A DNA stretch of 64,000 nucleotides from an uncultured Planctomycetota bacterium (GTDB taxonomy: Bacteria > Planctomycetota > Planctomycetia > Isosphaerales > Isosphaeraceae): assembly GCA_963737655.1 (NCBI GenBank), contig CAVTTN010000002.1, positions 4,864,001-4,928,000 of the forward strand. Direction: 5' to 3'. The notes under the pieces are model-generated. The model did no database searches. It was not told the DNA's origin and saw only the letters and a program-made list of their open reading frames with translations. Positions 29,013 to 39,192 of this stretch are shown here, one piece after another. A program made the position numbers and the translations under genes. Each line of letters begins with the position of its first letter. Within the stretch, counting starts at the first letter, position 1.

Positions 29013-29098
29013 GGGTGGCATGCTTACGTCTTCGTAAGCATGGATTCGGTCGAGTTCGAACCGCAGACATGCTTACGATGACGTAAGCATGTCACTCG
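29013..29098. repeat. Palindromic repeat pair, GGGTGGCATGCTTACG family
   Basis: Two CATGCTTACG..CGTAAGCATG hairpins; related copy at 57991-58026. Confidence 0.8.
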
Positions 29099-29304
29099 AG
29101 TCTTGACCCTTAAGGGATCACTCGACGGCCCCCGGGGCCTGCGACCCTGGGGGGTCCGGGACTTCCGGGAAATCCACGGAAGAAAATCGGGTTGGGCGGT
29201 GTCTGCGGGCGGCTTGCGAGCGGCAATGCGCCGATGTTTTGAGATTTGCGAATTTACATTCCATTAACTTGAACTATTGCACAAGTTTCATTTTCTATAG
29301 AAAA

Positions 29305-29410
29305 TCGCAATCGCTGTTTTGTCAGAAGTTGACTACACTTTTCCCCGAAAAACGCGCCAAAGGGCTTTTTTCGTAGGGTTTTCGGGCGCGCAGTCACTGT
29401 TGCCGAGCCA
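29305..29410 (+). repeat. Dispersed non-coding repeat, copy A
   Basis: Colinear with 58175-58280 at a constant offset of 28870 (TCGCAATCG, GAAGTTGACTACA, GAAAAACGCG, AAAGGGC). Confidence 0.7.
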
Positions 29411-30124
29411 TGTTTTCTGATTTGAGAATCCGTTCGGTTTTGACCCGCAACGATCGACTTATAAGAGACTTGTGTCGATCGAATTTTTGAGCTTCACCGC
29501 CGACTTTTGCCGGAAATGGTGGATCGCTCGGGGGTGCGCGTGAGGGGTCGTTCGGAAGGGGCGGTGGGCGTGGTGGCGGGATTGGGTGATCGGGGGTGGG
29601 GGCGGCCCTCGATGATGGGATCACGGGGGCGGCGGCGTTGGGGCTCGGGTCCGATTTGCGAGGGGGAGGGTGGCCGTGATCGATGGGGATGGATCGGGTC
29701 GGGATGTCGGCTCGGGGGCCGGGGCGACATCCTCTTGGGGCCGGGCCAGTCCCGGAACCATTCGCGATATTTTATAATCTCGATGTGATTCGGGCCATTC
29801 GGATCAAGGACGTCGAGAGAGAACTTTTCCATGATTGCTTGAAGGATCTCACGACCTTCGACTTATTTGGCCCGGATTGCCGGATTGCCGCGGTCTTCCG
29901 AAATCGTCCCTTTCTTGTGAGGCGTGAGGGTCCTGGCTTTCCCAAGGCGAGCCGCGGGCGTCCTTTGCGACGATTTCTCGATCCGGGAGGGGTCTCGGGG
30001 TCCGTCTGGTGTTGGCAGTGGCTGGACGGCGACGGTCCGATCGGTTGGAATGAGGCCGCGATCGACCCGGGTTCGTGGCGAACGAGCGGGGCGGGGTCTT
30101 GCCGATCCGCCGGGAGAGGGTGAC

Positions 30125-31821
30125 GTGGCCTCCGAGAACCTTCCCGCCCTCTTCCGGGCGACCTGCGATCGCCTCGGCCCTCGGGCGGCGGTTCGGTTCC
30201 GGCGCGATGGCCTGTATCGTGACCTTTCCTGGGACGATTACCGCCGACGGGTGGATGAGGCGGCGGCGGGCCTGGTGGCCCTGGGGGTGAAGCCCGGGGA
30301 TCGGGTGGCGATCCTTTCGGAGAACCGGGTCGAGTGGCTGGAGGCCGATCTGGCGGTGCTCTCGGCCGGGGCGGTGGGCGTCCCCTTGCATGCCCCGCTG
30401 TCCGCCGGGCAGGTCGCCTATCAGGTGGCCCATAGCGGGGCCGTCGGGGCGATCGTGAGCGGGCCGGGTCAGGCGGCGAAGGTCCTGGAGGCGAGGGATC
30501 AGGCCCCGGAGCTCCGCTGGATCGTCGCGTTCGACGCGATCGGGGCGGGCGATCCGGGGATTCGCGCCCTTTCGTGGCTCGGATTGGGCGGCGAAGGCCG
30601 GCGGGCGGGGCCGGCGGCGAGGTTGGACGTGGATCGGAGGATCTCGGCGCTCTCTCGCGGCGACCTGGCCTCGATCCTCTATACGAGCGGCACCACCGGC
30701 CCTCCCAAGGGCGTGATGCTGTCTCATGGGAACTTCCTCTCGAACGCCGAGACCACGGCGGTCATCTCCGGGTCGGTGCCGACCGACGTGGTGTTGAGCT
30801 GGCTGCCCTATAGCCATGTTTATGCCCGCACGTGCGACCTCTACGTGTTCCTGGTGGATGGTGCCACGCTGGCCCTGGCCGAGTCGGTCGATGCCCTGAT
30901 GGTCCATCTGGCCGAGGTCCAGCCGTCGTGCATGTCGTCGGTGCCGAGGTTCTATGAGAAGGTCTGGGGCAACCTCCAGGGGGTCCCCGAGGCGGCCCGG
31001 CCGAGGGCGCTTTGGGGGATTTTCGGGCCGAATGTCCGCCATTTCTCCTCGGGGGCGCCCCGTTGCCGAGGCCGGTGGCCGAGGGGTTCCACGCCTGCGG
31101 GATGACCTTGATGGAAGGCTACGGGATGACCGAGTCGTCGCCCGTGATCAGCTTCAACACGCCGGGGGCCGTGAAGGTGGGCTCGGTCGGCCGGCCGATC
31201 CCGGGCGTGGAGGTCCGGATCGCCGAGGATGGCGAGATCCTCACCCGGGGGCCTCACGTGATGATGGGTTACTGGCGAGATCCCGACGCCACGGCGAGGA
31301 CGATCGTCGACGGCTGGCTGCACACCGGGGACGTGGGCCATCTGGATCCCGACGGCTACCTGTTCATCACCGATCGCAAGAAGGACATCCTCATCACCTC
31401 GGGCGGCAAGAACGTCGCCCCGAGCGAGCTGGAACGGCTGATCGTGGCCGATCCGACGTTCGATCAGGCGGTGGTCTTCGGGGACGGCCGGCCGTTCGTC
31501 GGGGCGCTGGTCGTGCCGACGGCCGAGGCGATGGAGGCCGAAGCGGCCCGCCTCGGCGCCCCCCTCGATCGTGACGGCGAATTCCTCGCCCCGGGGCCGA
31601 TCGTCGATGCCTTCTTCGCCCGGGTCTCGACGGCGATGCAGGCCGTGAGCGGGCCGGAGCGGGTGAAGGCGATCCTCGTCCTCGGGCGGCCCCTGAGCGT
31701 CGATCGCGAGGAGGTCACGGCCACGCTCAAGGTCCGCCGGCGGCACGTCCTGGCCGAATTCGCCGACCGGATCGAGGCGCTTTACCAGAGCAAGGCCGCC
31801 TCTGCGGCCCTGGACGTCTAG
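30125..31821 (+). CDS. Long-chain fatty acid-CoA ligase (frameshift in the G run near 31052)
   Basis: YTSGTTGPPKGVMLSHGN; EGYGMTESSP; WLHTGDVG; DRKKDILITSGGKNVAP. Confidence 0.9.
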
Positions 31822-31933
31822 CCTCCGCGTTTCGGTCTCCCTCGTCCGCGCCATCCTTGACGATGGCCCCGCCGTCCCTACAAGATAGGCAGCCAAATCG
31901 GCGGACGTTGCGGCGTTTCGGGAACTCTCTTCC

Positions 31934-32938
31934 ATGCGCGTTTTCCTGACGGGCGGGACCGGGCTGATCGGTCGGCGGATCACCTCGGAATTGATCGGGA
32001 GGGGCGACTTGCCGGTGATCCTGTCGAGGCAGGCCGACAGGGCCCGGCTGAACCCGGCGCTCCGGGGGGCGGAGATCGTCCAGGGCGATCCGAACGTCCC
32101 GGGGAGCTGGGAATCGGTGGTCGACGGCTGCGACGCCGTGGTCAACCTCGTCGGCCACAACCTCTTCGCCCAGAGGTGGAGCGACGAGGTGAAGGCCAAG
32201 ATCCGCGACAGCCGAGTGGTGGCCACGGAGCACGTCGTCGAGGCGATCGCCCGGGCCTCGAACCGGCCGAAGACGCTGGTCCAGGCGTCGGCCATCGGCT
32301 ATTACGGCCCGACCGGCGACGAGGAGTTGACCGAGGACAGCAAGCCGGGCGACGACTTCATGGCCAGGGTCTGCCGGGAGTGGGAAGAGGCCGCGAAGCC
32401 GGTCGAGTCTTTGGGAGTCCGGCTCGCGACGATCCGAACCGGGGTCGTCCTGGCGAAGGGGGAGGCGGCCCTCGGCGTGATGACGCCCATCTTCAAGTAC
32501 CTCCCCGGCGGGGCGGCACCGGTCGGCAGCGGCAAGAACGCGATGATGCCGGGCTCGGGCAAGCAATGGATGAGCTGGGTCCACCTCGACGACATCGTCG
32601 GCCTGTTCCTCTTCGCCCTGGACAACTCCGAGGCGACCGGGCCGATCAACGGGACCGCGCCCAACCCCCTGACGAATCACGACTTCTCGAAGGCCCTGGC
32701 GAAGGCCGTCGGCCGAGGGTGGGCGTTCCTGCCGATCGGCCCGCCGGACTTCATGCTCAACCTCGTCCTCGGCGAGGTGGCCCAGGTCGTGACGAAGGGG
32801 CAAAAGGTCCTGCCGAAGAAGGCCGAGAGGCTCGGCTATCGCTTCCTCTTCCCCGAGATCGGCCCCGCCCTGGCCGACATTTTTGGACCGAAGGCCGCAC
32901 CCCGGGCCAAGGCCCCCGAGCCGGCGGCGGTCGCCTGA
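31934..32938 (+). CDS. TIGR01777 family NAD-dependent epimerase/oxidoreductase
   Basis: VFLTGGTGLIG, SAIGYYG, VCREWE, GKQWMSWVHLDD. Confidence 0.9.
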   Translation: MRVFLTGGTGLIGRRITSELIGRGDLPVILSRQADRARLNPALRGAEIVQGDPNVPGSWESVVDGCDAVVNLVGHNLFAQRWSDEVKAKIRDSRVVATEHVVEAIARASNRPKTLVQASAIGYYGPTGDEELTEDSKPGDDFMARVCREWEEAAKPVESLGVRLATIRTGVVLAKGEAALGVMTPIFKYLPGGAAPVGSGKNAMMPGSGKQWMSWVHLDDIVGLFLFALDNSEATGPINGTAPNPLTNHDFSKALAKAVGRGWAFLPIGPPDFMLNLVLGEVAQVVTKGQKVLPKKAERLGYRFLFPEIGPALADIFGPKAAPRAKAPEPAAVA

Positions 32939-32954
32939 TCGAGCGAAAGGACGC

Positions 32955-33320
32955 ATGATGGCCCGATTGATCCAGGGGCCGACGATCATCGAGTCGGCCG
33001 GCAATTTGCCGAAGCGGATCGAAGAGTTCGTCGGCCTCGTCAACTCGACGACCCCGGGCGTGAGCATCGCGAGGATGACCAGCCCCGAAGGATGGGTCGA
33101 GCCGGGCCAGACGCCCGAGTTCGAGGAGTTCACGATCGTCTTGAAAGGACTGGTCCGCGTGACCACTCGCGAGGGGACCATCGACGTCCGCGCCGGCCAG
33201 GCGATCCACGCGCCAAAGGGGGAATGGGTCCGGTACGACACCCCGGAGGCCGGAGGCGCCGAATACCTCGCGGTCTGCCTGCCGGCGTTTTCGCCCGGGA
33301 CGGTCCATCGCGACGAGTGA
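32955..33320 (+). CDS. Cupin-domain protein
   Basis: KRIEEFVG, WVEPGQTPEFEEFT, CLPAFSP. Confidence 0.8.
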   Translation: MMARLIQGPTIIESAGNLPKRIEEFVGLVNSTTPGVSIARMTSPEGWVEPGQTPEFEEFTIVLKGLVRVTTREGTIDVRAGQAIHAPKGEWVRYDTPEAGGAEYLAVCLPAFSPGTVHRDE

Positions 33321-33344
33321 ACGGCGGCCTGGGAAGGCTCGGTC

Positions 33345-34181
33345 CTACCCGACCCACTCCCCGGTGAAAACCTCGGTCGCCGGGCCGGTCATGAAGACCG
33401 ATTGGCCGTCGCCGGGCCATTCGAGTTCGAGGTCTCCGCCGGGAAGGTGGGCCAGGAGGCGGAGGGCGGTCTTCCCGGTGAGGACCCCGGCGACGCAGAC
33501 GGCGCAGGCCCCGGTCCCGCAGGCCAGGGTGATCCCCGAGCCTCGTTCCCACGTCCTCATCCGAACCTCTTCGGGGCCAATCACCTCGACGAAATGGACG
33601 TTCACGCGACGGGGGAACGCCGGGTGGACTTCCAGGGCCGCCCCGACCTCCTCGACCGGGAAATGCTCCACGTCCTCGACATAAACCACCGCGTGAGGGT
33701 TGCCCATCGACACGGCGGTGATCGCCAGCGAATGCCCCCGGACGTCCATCGGGGCGTTCACGGGCGGATCGCCGGGCAAGGTGGTGGGGATGTCGAGCGA
33801 TCGGAGGATCGGCGCGCCCATGTCCACGCGGACCCGTTGCGCCAGACCCGCCTCGGCCTCGACGTCGAGGGACAGGACGCCTCGGCCGGTCTCGATGGCG
33901 ATCCGGCCCTTGCGGGCGATCCCCCGGTCATAGACGAACTTGGCCACGCAGCGGACGCCGTTGCCGCACATCTCGGATTCGGAGCCGTCGGCGTTGAACA
34001 TCCTCATCCGGGCGTCGGCCCGATCGGAGGGGCCGATCAGGATCAGGCCATCGGAGCCGATGCCGAAGTGGCGGTCGCTGACGGCCCGGGCCAGGGCGGC
34101 GGGGTCGGCCGGCGGGGGCTGGTCGAACGCGCTCACGTACACGTAGTCGTTGCCCAGGCCGTGCATCTTGGTGAACTTCAT
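33345..34181 (-). CDS. dapF: Diaminopimelate epimerase
   Basis: [43 protein letters not shown]. Confidence 0.97.
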   Translation of the reverse strand: MKFTKMHGLGNDYVYVSAFDQPPPADPAALARAVSDRHFGIGSDGLILIGPSDRADARMRMFNADGSESEMCGNGVRCVAKFVYDRGIARKGRIAIETGRGVLSLDVEAEAGLAQRVRVDMGAPILRSLDIPTTLPGDPPVNAPMDVRGHSLAITAVSMGNPHAVVYVEDVEHFPVEEVGAALEVHPAFPRRVNVHFVEVIGPEEVRMRTWERGSGITLACGTGACAVCVAGVLTGKTALRLLAHLPGGDLELEWPGDGQSVFMTGPATEVFTGEWVG

Positions 34182-34350
34182 CGATTCGGGTCTCGTCGCC
34201 CATGGTTCCGGGGAATCCGGCCCATTCTAGCCCGTGGGGCCAAAGGCCGTCTCGTCCGAGAGATGGATCGCTGGCCAGAGTCCCCGGGTTTGTGTCAAAC
34301 TGGGAGAGACGGTGGGATCCACGACGACCGGACGACGAGGAGATTCCCGG

Positions 34351-34644
34351 ATGAACCGCCAGGCGATCCTCGATCGCGTGAAGGCCGAGGCGCCCGTCCT
34401 GAAGAGGAAGTACGGGCTGGCCTCGCTGGCTGTCTTCGGCTCGATGGCCCGGGGCGACGACCACGAGGGCAGCGACCTGGACATCCTCGTGAACTTCGAG
34501 GGGCCCGCGACGTTCCGGGGGTTCATGGGCCTGAAGCTGGAGCTGGAGGCCCTGAGCGGTCGGCAGGTTGACCTGCTCACGCCGAAATGCCTGTCGGCCG
34601 CGATGAATGATGAGATCGAGAAGGAGGCGATCCTTGCCTCGTAG
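34351..34644 (+). CDS. Minimal nucleotidyltransferase (MNT/MntA-type antitoxin)
   Basis: FGSMARGDDHEGSDLDILV (GS-x10-DxD). Confidence 0.88.
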   Translation: MNRQAILDRVKAEAPVLKRKYGLASLAVFGSMARGDDHEGSDLDILVNFEGPATFRGFMGLKLELEALSGRQVDLLTPKCLSAAMNDEIEKEAILAS

Positions 34645-34978
34645 CCCCGAGCAGCGCATCGATGACATCCTCCGTTGCTGCGAGAAGATCCTCCGGTTCA
34701 CGGCGGGGATGGCTCGCGAGCAATTGTCCGAGCAGGAACTCGTGATGGATGCGGTCCTGAGGAACCTCGAAATCTTCGGTGAGGCCACGAAACACCTGCC
34801 CGACCACGTCCGCGCCGCGATGCCGGGGATCGCCTGGAAGGAGATCGCCGGGATGCGCGACTGGATCTCTCACGTCTACGACCGGGTGGATGACGAAGTC
34901 GTGTGGAACGCGATCGAGGTGGATCTGCCGCTCCTCCTCCACACCCTCCAAGTCCACAGGGGGATCGGACGGTCCTGA
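34634..34978 (+). CDS. HEPN/DUF86 (HepT-like) RNase toxin
   Basis: DAVLRNLEIFGEA, W..IAGMRDWISHVY (RxxxxH); overlaps MNT; AAGGAGG RBS before TTG. Confidence 0.88.
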   Translation: MPRSPEQRIDDILRCCEKILRFTAGMAREQLSEQELVMDAVLRNLEIFGEATKHLPDHVRAAMPGIAWKEIAGMRDWISHVYDRVDDEVVWNAIEVDLPLLLHTLQVHRGIGRS

Positions 34979-35114
34979 ACGGTCGAAGCGTCCACGAAGG
35001 CGAAGGACCCTGGCGAGGGCGGGGGTCCTGGCTTGCCGGATGGGGGTCCGGGCGCTACTCTTACAGGAATCGGTCCGCGCGGCCCGCTCTCCCGCCCGCT
35101 CCCTGAGGTGATGA

Positions 35115-35932
35115 ATGCTGGGAACCCCGTCACCGACCGATTTCGACCTGAATTTCCGGGTGTTTCGCATCCCGGTGCGGGTGTCGATCTGGTTCTGGCT
35201 CGGCTGCGTCCTGCTCGGGCCGAAGCAGCCCCGGGAGATCCTGATCTGGGCCGGATGCCTGTTCGGATCGATCCTGATCCACGAGCTCGGGCACGGGCTG
35301 ACGTCGCGGTTCTTCGGCGACCGGCCGAGGATCGTCCTTCATGGGATGGGCGGGGTCTGCATCTCGGACGACGCCGGGCGCGAGACCTTCGGGCAGAGGC
35401 TCACCATCCTCCTGATGGGCCCGGGGCGCAGTTCCTCCTGCTCCTGGGGCTGATGGTCTTCGGATGGTTCCGGCTGGGGATCTCGTGGCGGGGCGACCTG
35501 AGCCTGGCGCGCTACCTCCTCGGCCTGCCTCTCGGCCACGAGGACGTCGGGGGCGCCGAGGTCGAACGGGCGATCAATGGCGGCCTGGCGGGCAAGTTCT
35601 ACTGGTATCTGTTCCAGGTCAACTTCCTCTGGCCCCTGATCAACCTCCTGCCGATCTACCCGCTCGACGGCGGCCAGGTGGCGATGACCCTGCTCCAGAG
35701 GTTCGACCGCCGCCACGGGGCGAGGCGGACCCACATCCTTTCGATGGTGACCGCCGGCATCCTCGCCGCCTTCGCCCTGAACCGGATGACCTCCTCCGAG
35801 GACGGCCAGAGCGCCTTCTACCTCGTGATCTTCTTCGGCCTGTTCGCGTTCATCAACTTCCAGCACCTCCAATCGTACCACCGCAAGTACATCGAGTCGG
35901 GCCCCGATGACGCGGACTGGTGGCGGAGGTAG
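35115..35932 (+). CDS. Site-2 protease (M50) family (frameshift near 35425)
   Basis: HELGH zinc motif; NLLPIYPLDGG in the next frame. Confidence 0.85.
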
Positions 35933-35961
35933 CGACGGACCCATCCCCCGATCCTGGATCG

Positions 35962-36252
35962 ATGTTCGAAACGGCCATTCATGCGATCGTCGGTCGGCTG
36001 GTCCGTGGGGATTTCGTGATCCGCCATCGCCCGGGGCGAGGGGTGTCGGTCCGGGGACGGGTCCCCCGGGGGAAGGTGGGGATGATCTCGGAGTTTTTTC
36101 GCCGAGACCTGAACCCTCCGGGCCCGGTGACGGTCTGGGGCTCGTGGAGCGGGGGCCGGGGCCGGGGCGTCCTGCGTCTGAGGTTCCTGGGACGGCTCGA
36201 TGGGGCGGACCGCCAGAGGGCCCGGAACTTCCTGAGCGAACATCTGGCCTGA
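35962..36252 (+). CDS. DUF3634-like small protein
   Basis: FVIR...V.GRVP..., QRARNFL pattern. Confidence 0.55.
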   Translation: MFETAIHAIVGRLVRGDFVIRHRPGRGVSVRGRVPRGKVGMISEFFRRDLNPPGPVTVWGSWSGGRGRGVLRLRFLGRLDGADRQRARNFLSEHLA

Positions 36253-36407
36253 GCGCGGGTTATGGCAATCGGCGCCCCCCCGGCGGCGGGCCCTTCCTTT
36301 CGGGCCGTCGATGGTGAAGAATTCGTCAGGGGCCGGCTCGTCGGCGCCCGTCCTCCGTGGGTCCGCCTTCGTCCTCCCCATCGACGTCCGACGAAACCCA
36401 TCTCCCC

Positions 36408-38933
36408 ATGCCTAAACGCAAGACGACCGGGGCCTCGGCCCCCTCGCCCGCCGATTCGACCGCCCCCGGCGGAGGTCGTGACCTCATCCTGATCGGGCCC
36501 GGGTCGCCCGAGAGCCTCCCCCTGCTGCCGCTGCGGACCGACGTCGTCTTCCCCCAGACCGTCGTCCCCCTGATCGTCAGCCGATCGGCCGGGATCCGCC
36601 TGATCGACGAGGTCATGCTCGGCGACAAGCTCGTGGGGCTGGTGACCCAGGTCCGGCCCGACGACGAGGAGCCCGGCCGGGACGACTTGCACCCGGTCCT
36701 CTGCGTCGGCACGATCCTCAAGATGCTCAAGTTCCCCGACGGCTCGACGCGGATCGTCGTCCAGGGGAACTCCCGGGGGCGCCTCAAGTCGATCACGAGG
36801 ACCGAGCCCTACCTGATCGGCAAGGTCGAGCCGCTGGACGAGGTGGAGGAGGCCGGCGTCGAGACCGATGCCCTGGTCCACCACGTCAACGCGCTGTTCA
36901 ACCGGATGGTCGAATCCAGCGGCCAGGTGCCCGAGGAATTGCAGGTCGCCGCGATGAACACGAGGGAGCCCGGCCGGTTGGCCGACCTCCTCGGCTCCAG
37001 CCTGCCGTTCCCCTCGGAGGAGAAGCAGGAGCTCCTGGCCGAGCTCGACGTCCGCAAGCGGCTGACCACGCTCTCGCAGTTCCTCGCCCGGCAGCTCGCG
37101 GTGATGGAGCTGGCCGGGAAGATCCAGGCGCAGGTGGGATCGGAGATCACCAAGGCCCAGCGCGATCACTTCCTCCGCCAGCAGATCAAGGCGATCCAGG
37201 AAGAACTGGGCGAAGGGGAGGGGGAGAACCCGGAGCTCGACGAGCTCTGGGACAAGATCGAGCGCGCCAAGCCGCCGGCCGAGGCCAAGAAGGAAGCCCG
37301 CCGCGAGCTCGAACGCCTCGCCGGGATGCATCCGAGCTCGGCCGAGTACTCGATCGTCCGCACCTATCTCGACTGGCTGGCCACCCTCCCCTGGTCCAAG
37401 GCCAGCCGCGATCGCCTGGACCTGAAGCGGGCCAAGAAGATCCTCGACGCCGACCATTACGACCTGGAGAAGATCAAGGAGCGCATCCTCGAATACCTGG
37501 CCGTCCGCAAGCTCAAGAAGGACATGAAGGGGCCGATCCTCTGCTTCGCCGGCCCGCCGGGGACGGGCAAGACCAGCCTGGGCAAGAGCATCGCCAAGGC
37601 CCTGGGCCGCGAGTTCGCCCGGGTGAGCCTGGGGGGCGTCCACGACGAGGCCGAGATCCGCGGCCACCGCCGGACCTACGTCGCCGCCATGCCCGGCAGG
37701 ATCATCCAGGGGCTCCGCAAGGCCGCGACGAACAACCCGGTGTTCATGCTCGACGAGGTGGACAAGCTCGGGGCCGACTTCCGCGGCGACCCCTCGGCGG
37801 CGCTCCTGGAAGTGCTCGACCCCGAGCAGAATTCGACGTTCCGGGACCACTATCTCGACGTCGATTTCGACCTCTCCAAGGTCATGTTCATCGCCACGGC
37901 GAACATGCTGGAGACCATCCCCCCGCCCCTGCTCGACCGGATGGAAGTGCTGGAGCTGCCCGGCTATAGCGAGGAAGAGAAGATCCTGATCGCCCAGAAA
38001 TTCATCATCCCCAAGCAGCTCGAGGCCCACGGCCTGGCGCCGAAGGACGTGACCATCGGCGACGCGACGATCCGCAAGGTCATCGCCGACTACACGAGGG
38101 AGGCCGGCCTCCGCAACCTCGAGCGCGAGGTGGCGACGATCTGCCGGAAGGTGGCGAGGAAGCACGCCGAGGGCGCCCGCGGCAAGACGATCGTGGAACC
38201 GCTGGACGTGCCCAAGTCCCTCGGCCCCCCGAAATACTTCCGCGAGGTCGCCGACCGGACCGGGACGCCCGGGGTGGCCACCGGCCTGGCCTGGACGCCC
38301 ACCGGCGGCGAGATCCTGTTCATCGAGGCCACCGGGCTGCCGGGCAAGGGCGGATTGACCCTGACCGGGCTCCTCGGCGAGTCGATGAAGGAATCCGCCC
38401 AGGCGGCGATGACCTATCTGCGGACCCGCGCGAAGCTGCTGGGCCTGGACCCGTCGGCCGTGGCGAAGACCGATGTCCACGTCCACGTCCCGGCCGGAGC
38501 GGTCCCCAAGGACGGCCCGAGCGCGGGGGTGGCGATCGCGGCGGCCCTGCTCAGCCTGTTCCGTCGCGAGGCGATCCACCAGAACCTGGCGATGACCGGC
38601 GAGGTCACCCTGACCGGCCGGGTCCTGCCCGTCGGCGGGGTCCGGGAAAAAATCCTGGCGGCGAGACGGGCGGGGATCAAGAAGGTCCTGATCCCGCATC
38701 ACAACGAAAAAGACCTGATCGAGCTGCCCGCCGACGTCAAGGCGGACGTGGTGTTCCAGTCGGTCGAGACCCTGGACGACGTCCTCCCGCATCTCTTCCC
38801 GGAGAAGGCCAAGGGACGGGCGAGGGCCGACGACTCGGGGCCGATCCCGAGGAAGGCCGCCCCCCTGCCCTCGCCGGCCGAGCCCAAGCCCCGGACGGCC
38901 GACAAGGCGAATCGTCGGCCTCGGACACCGTGA
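36408..38933 (+). CDS. lon: Endopeptidase La
   Basis: GPPGTGKTSLG, LDEVDK, HVHVPAGAVPKDGPSAG, GGVREK. Confidence 0.97.
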   Translation: MPKRKTTGASAPSPADSTAPGGGRDLILIGPGSPESLPLLPLRTDVVFPQTVVPLIVSRSAGIRLIDEVMLGDKLVGLVTQVRPDDEEPGRDDLHPVLCVGTILKMLKFPDGSTRIVVQGNSRGRLKSITRTEPYLIGKVEPLDEVEEAGVETDALVHHVNALFNRMVESSGQVPEELQVAAMNTREPGRLADLLGSSLPFPSEEKQELLAELDVRKRLTTLSQFLARQLAVMELAGKIQAQVGSEITKAQRDHFLRQQIKAIQEELGEGEGENPELDELWDKIERAKPPAEAKKEARRELERLAGMHPSSAEYSIVRTYLDWLATLPWSKASRDRLDLKRAKKILDADHYDLEKIKERILEYLAVRKLKKDMKGPILCFAGPPGTGKTSLGKSIAKALGREFARVSLGGVHDEAEIRGHRRTYVAAMPGRIIQGLRKAATNNPVFMLDEVDKLGADFRGDPSAALLEVLDPEQNSTFRDHYLDVDFDLSKVMFIATANMLETIPPPLLDRMEVLELPGYSEEEKILIAQKFIIPKQLEAHGLAPKDVTIGDATIRKVIADYTREAGLRNLEREVATICRKVARKHAEGARGKTIVEPLDVPKSLGPPKYFREVADRTGTPGVATGLAWTPTGGEILFIEATGLPGKGGLTLTGLLGESMKESAQAAMTYLRTRAKLLGLDPSAVAKTDVHVHVPAGAVPKDGPSAGVAIAAALLSLFRREAIHQNLAMTGEVTLTGRVLPVGGVREKILAARRAGIKKVLIPHHNEKDLIELPADVKADVVFQSVETLDDVLPHLFPEKAKGRARADDSGPIPRKAAPLPSPAEPKPRTADKANRRPRTP

Positions 38934-38984
38934 GGACCAGGCCCGAGGCCGTCCGGGCGCCTCTCCGAATCCTCAACTGAATGA

Positions 38985-39049
38985 GGACTGGCATGCTCTG
39001 TCGGAAACCCCGGTGGGGGACTGGCATGCTCTGTCGGAAACCCCGGTGG
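38985..39049 (+). repeat. Direct tandem duplication of a 32-bp unit (GGACTGGCATGCTCTGTCGGAAACCCCGGTGG)
   Basis: Identical copies at 38985-39016 and 39018-39049. Confidence 0.85.
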
Positions 39050-39054
39050 TGGGA

Positions 39055-39139
39055 AGGAGTCGAGTAGGTCCGACTTCAGTCGGGCCTACGAAAAAGGGAT
39101 TTTTGTAGGCCCGACTGAAGTCGGACCTACTCGACTCCT
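39055..39139. repeat. REPIN: inverted doublet of the RAYT-associated REP
   Basis: REPs at 39064-39089 and 39105-39130 with extended complementary flanks; between convergent genes. Confidence 0.9.
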
Positions 39140-39192
39140 CTCTCAACGGGGCCTTCGACAGATCGAGCCAATCCCCATCTGGTTCGGGATCC

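Noticed and set aside
29394..30123. Short ORFs in the long intergenic region
   Set aside because: No motifs, atypical composition, and mutually overlapping; not supportable as genes.
38985..39139. CRISPR array
   Set aside because: Only two adjacent direct copies with no spacer, followed by an inverted REP doublet; no cas genes in the window.
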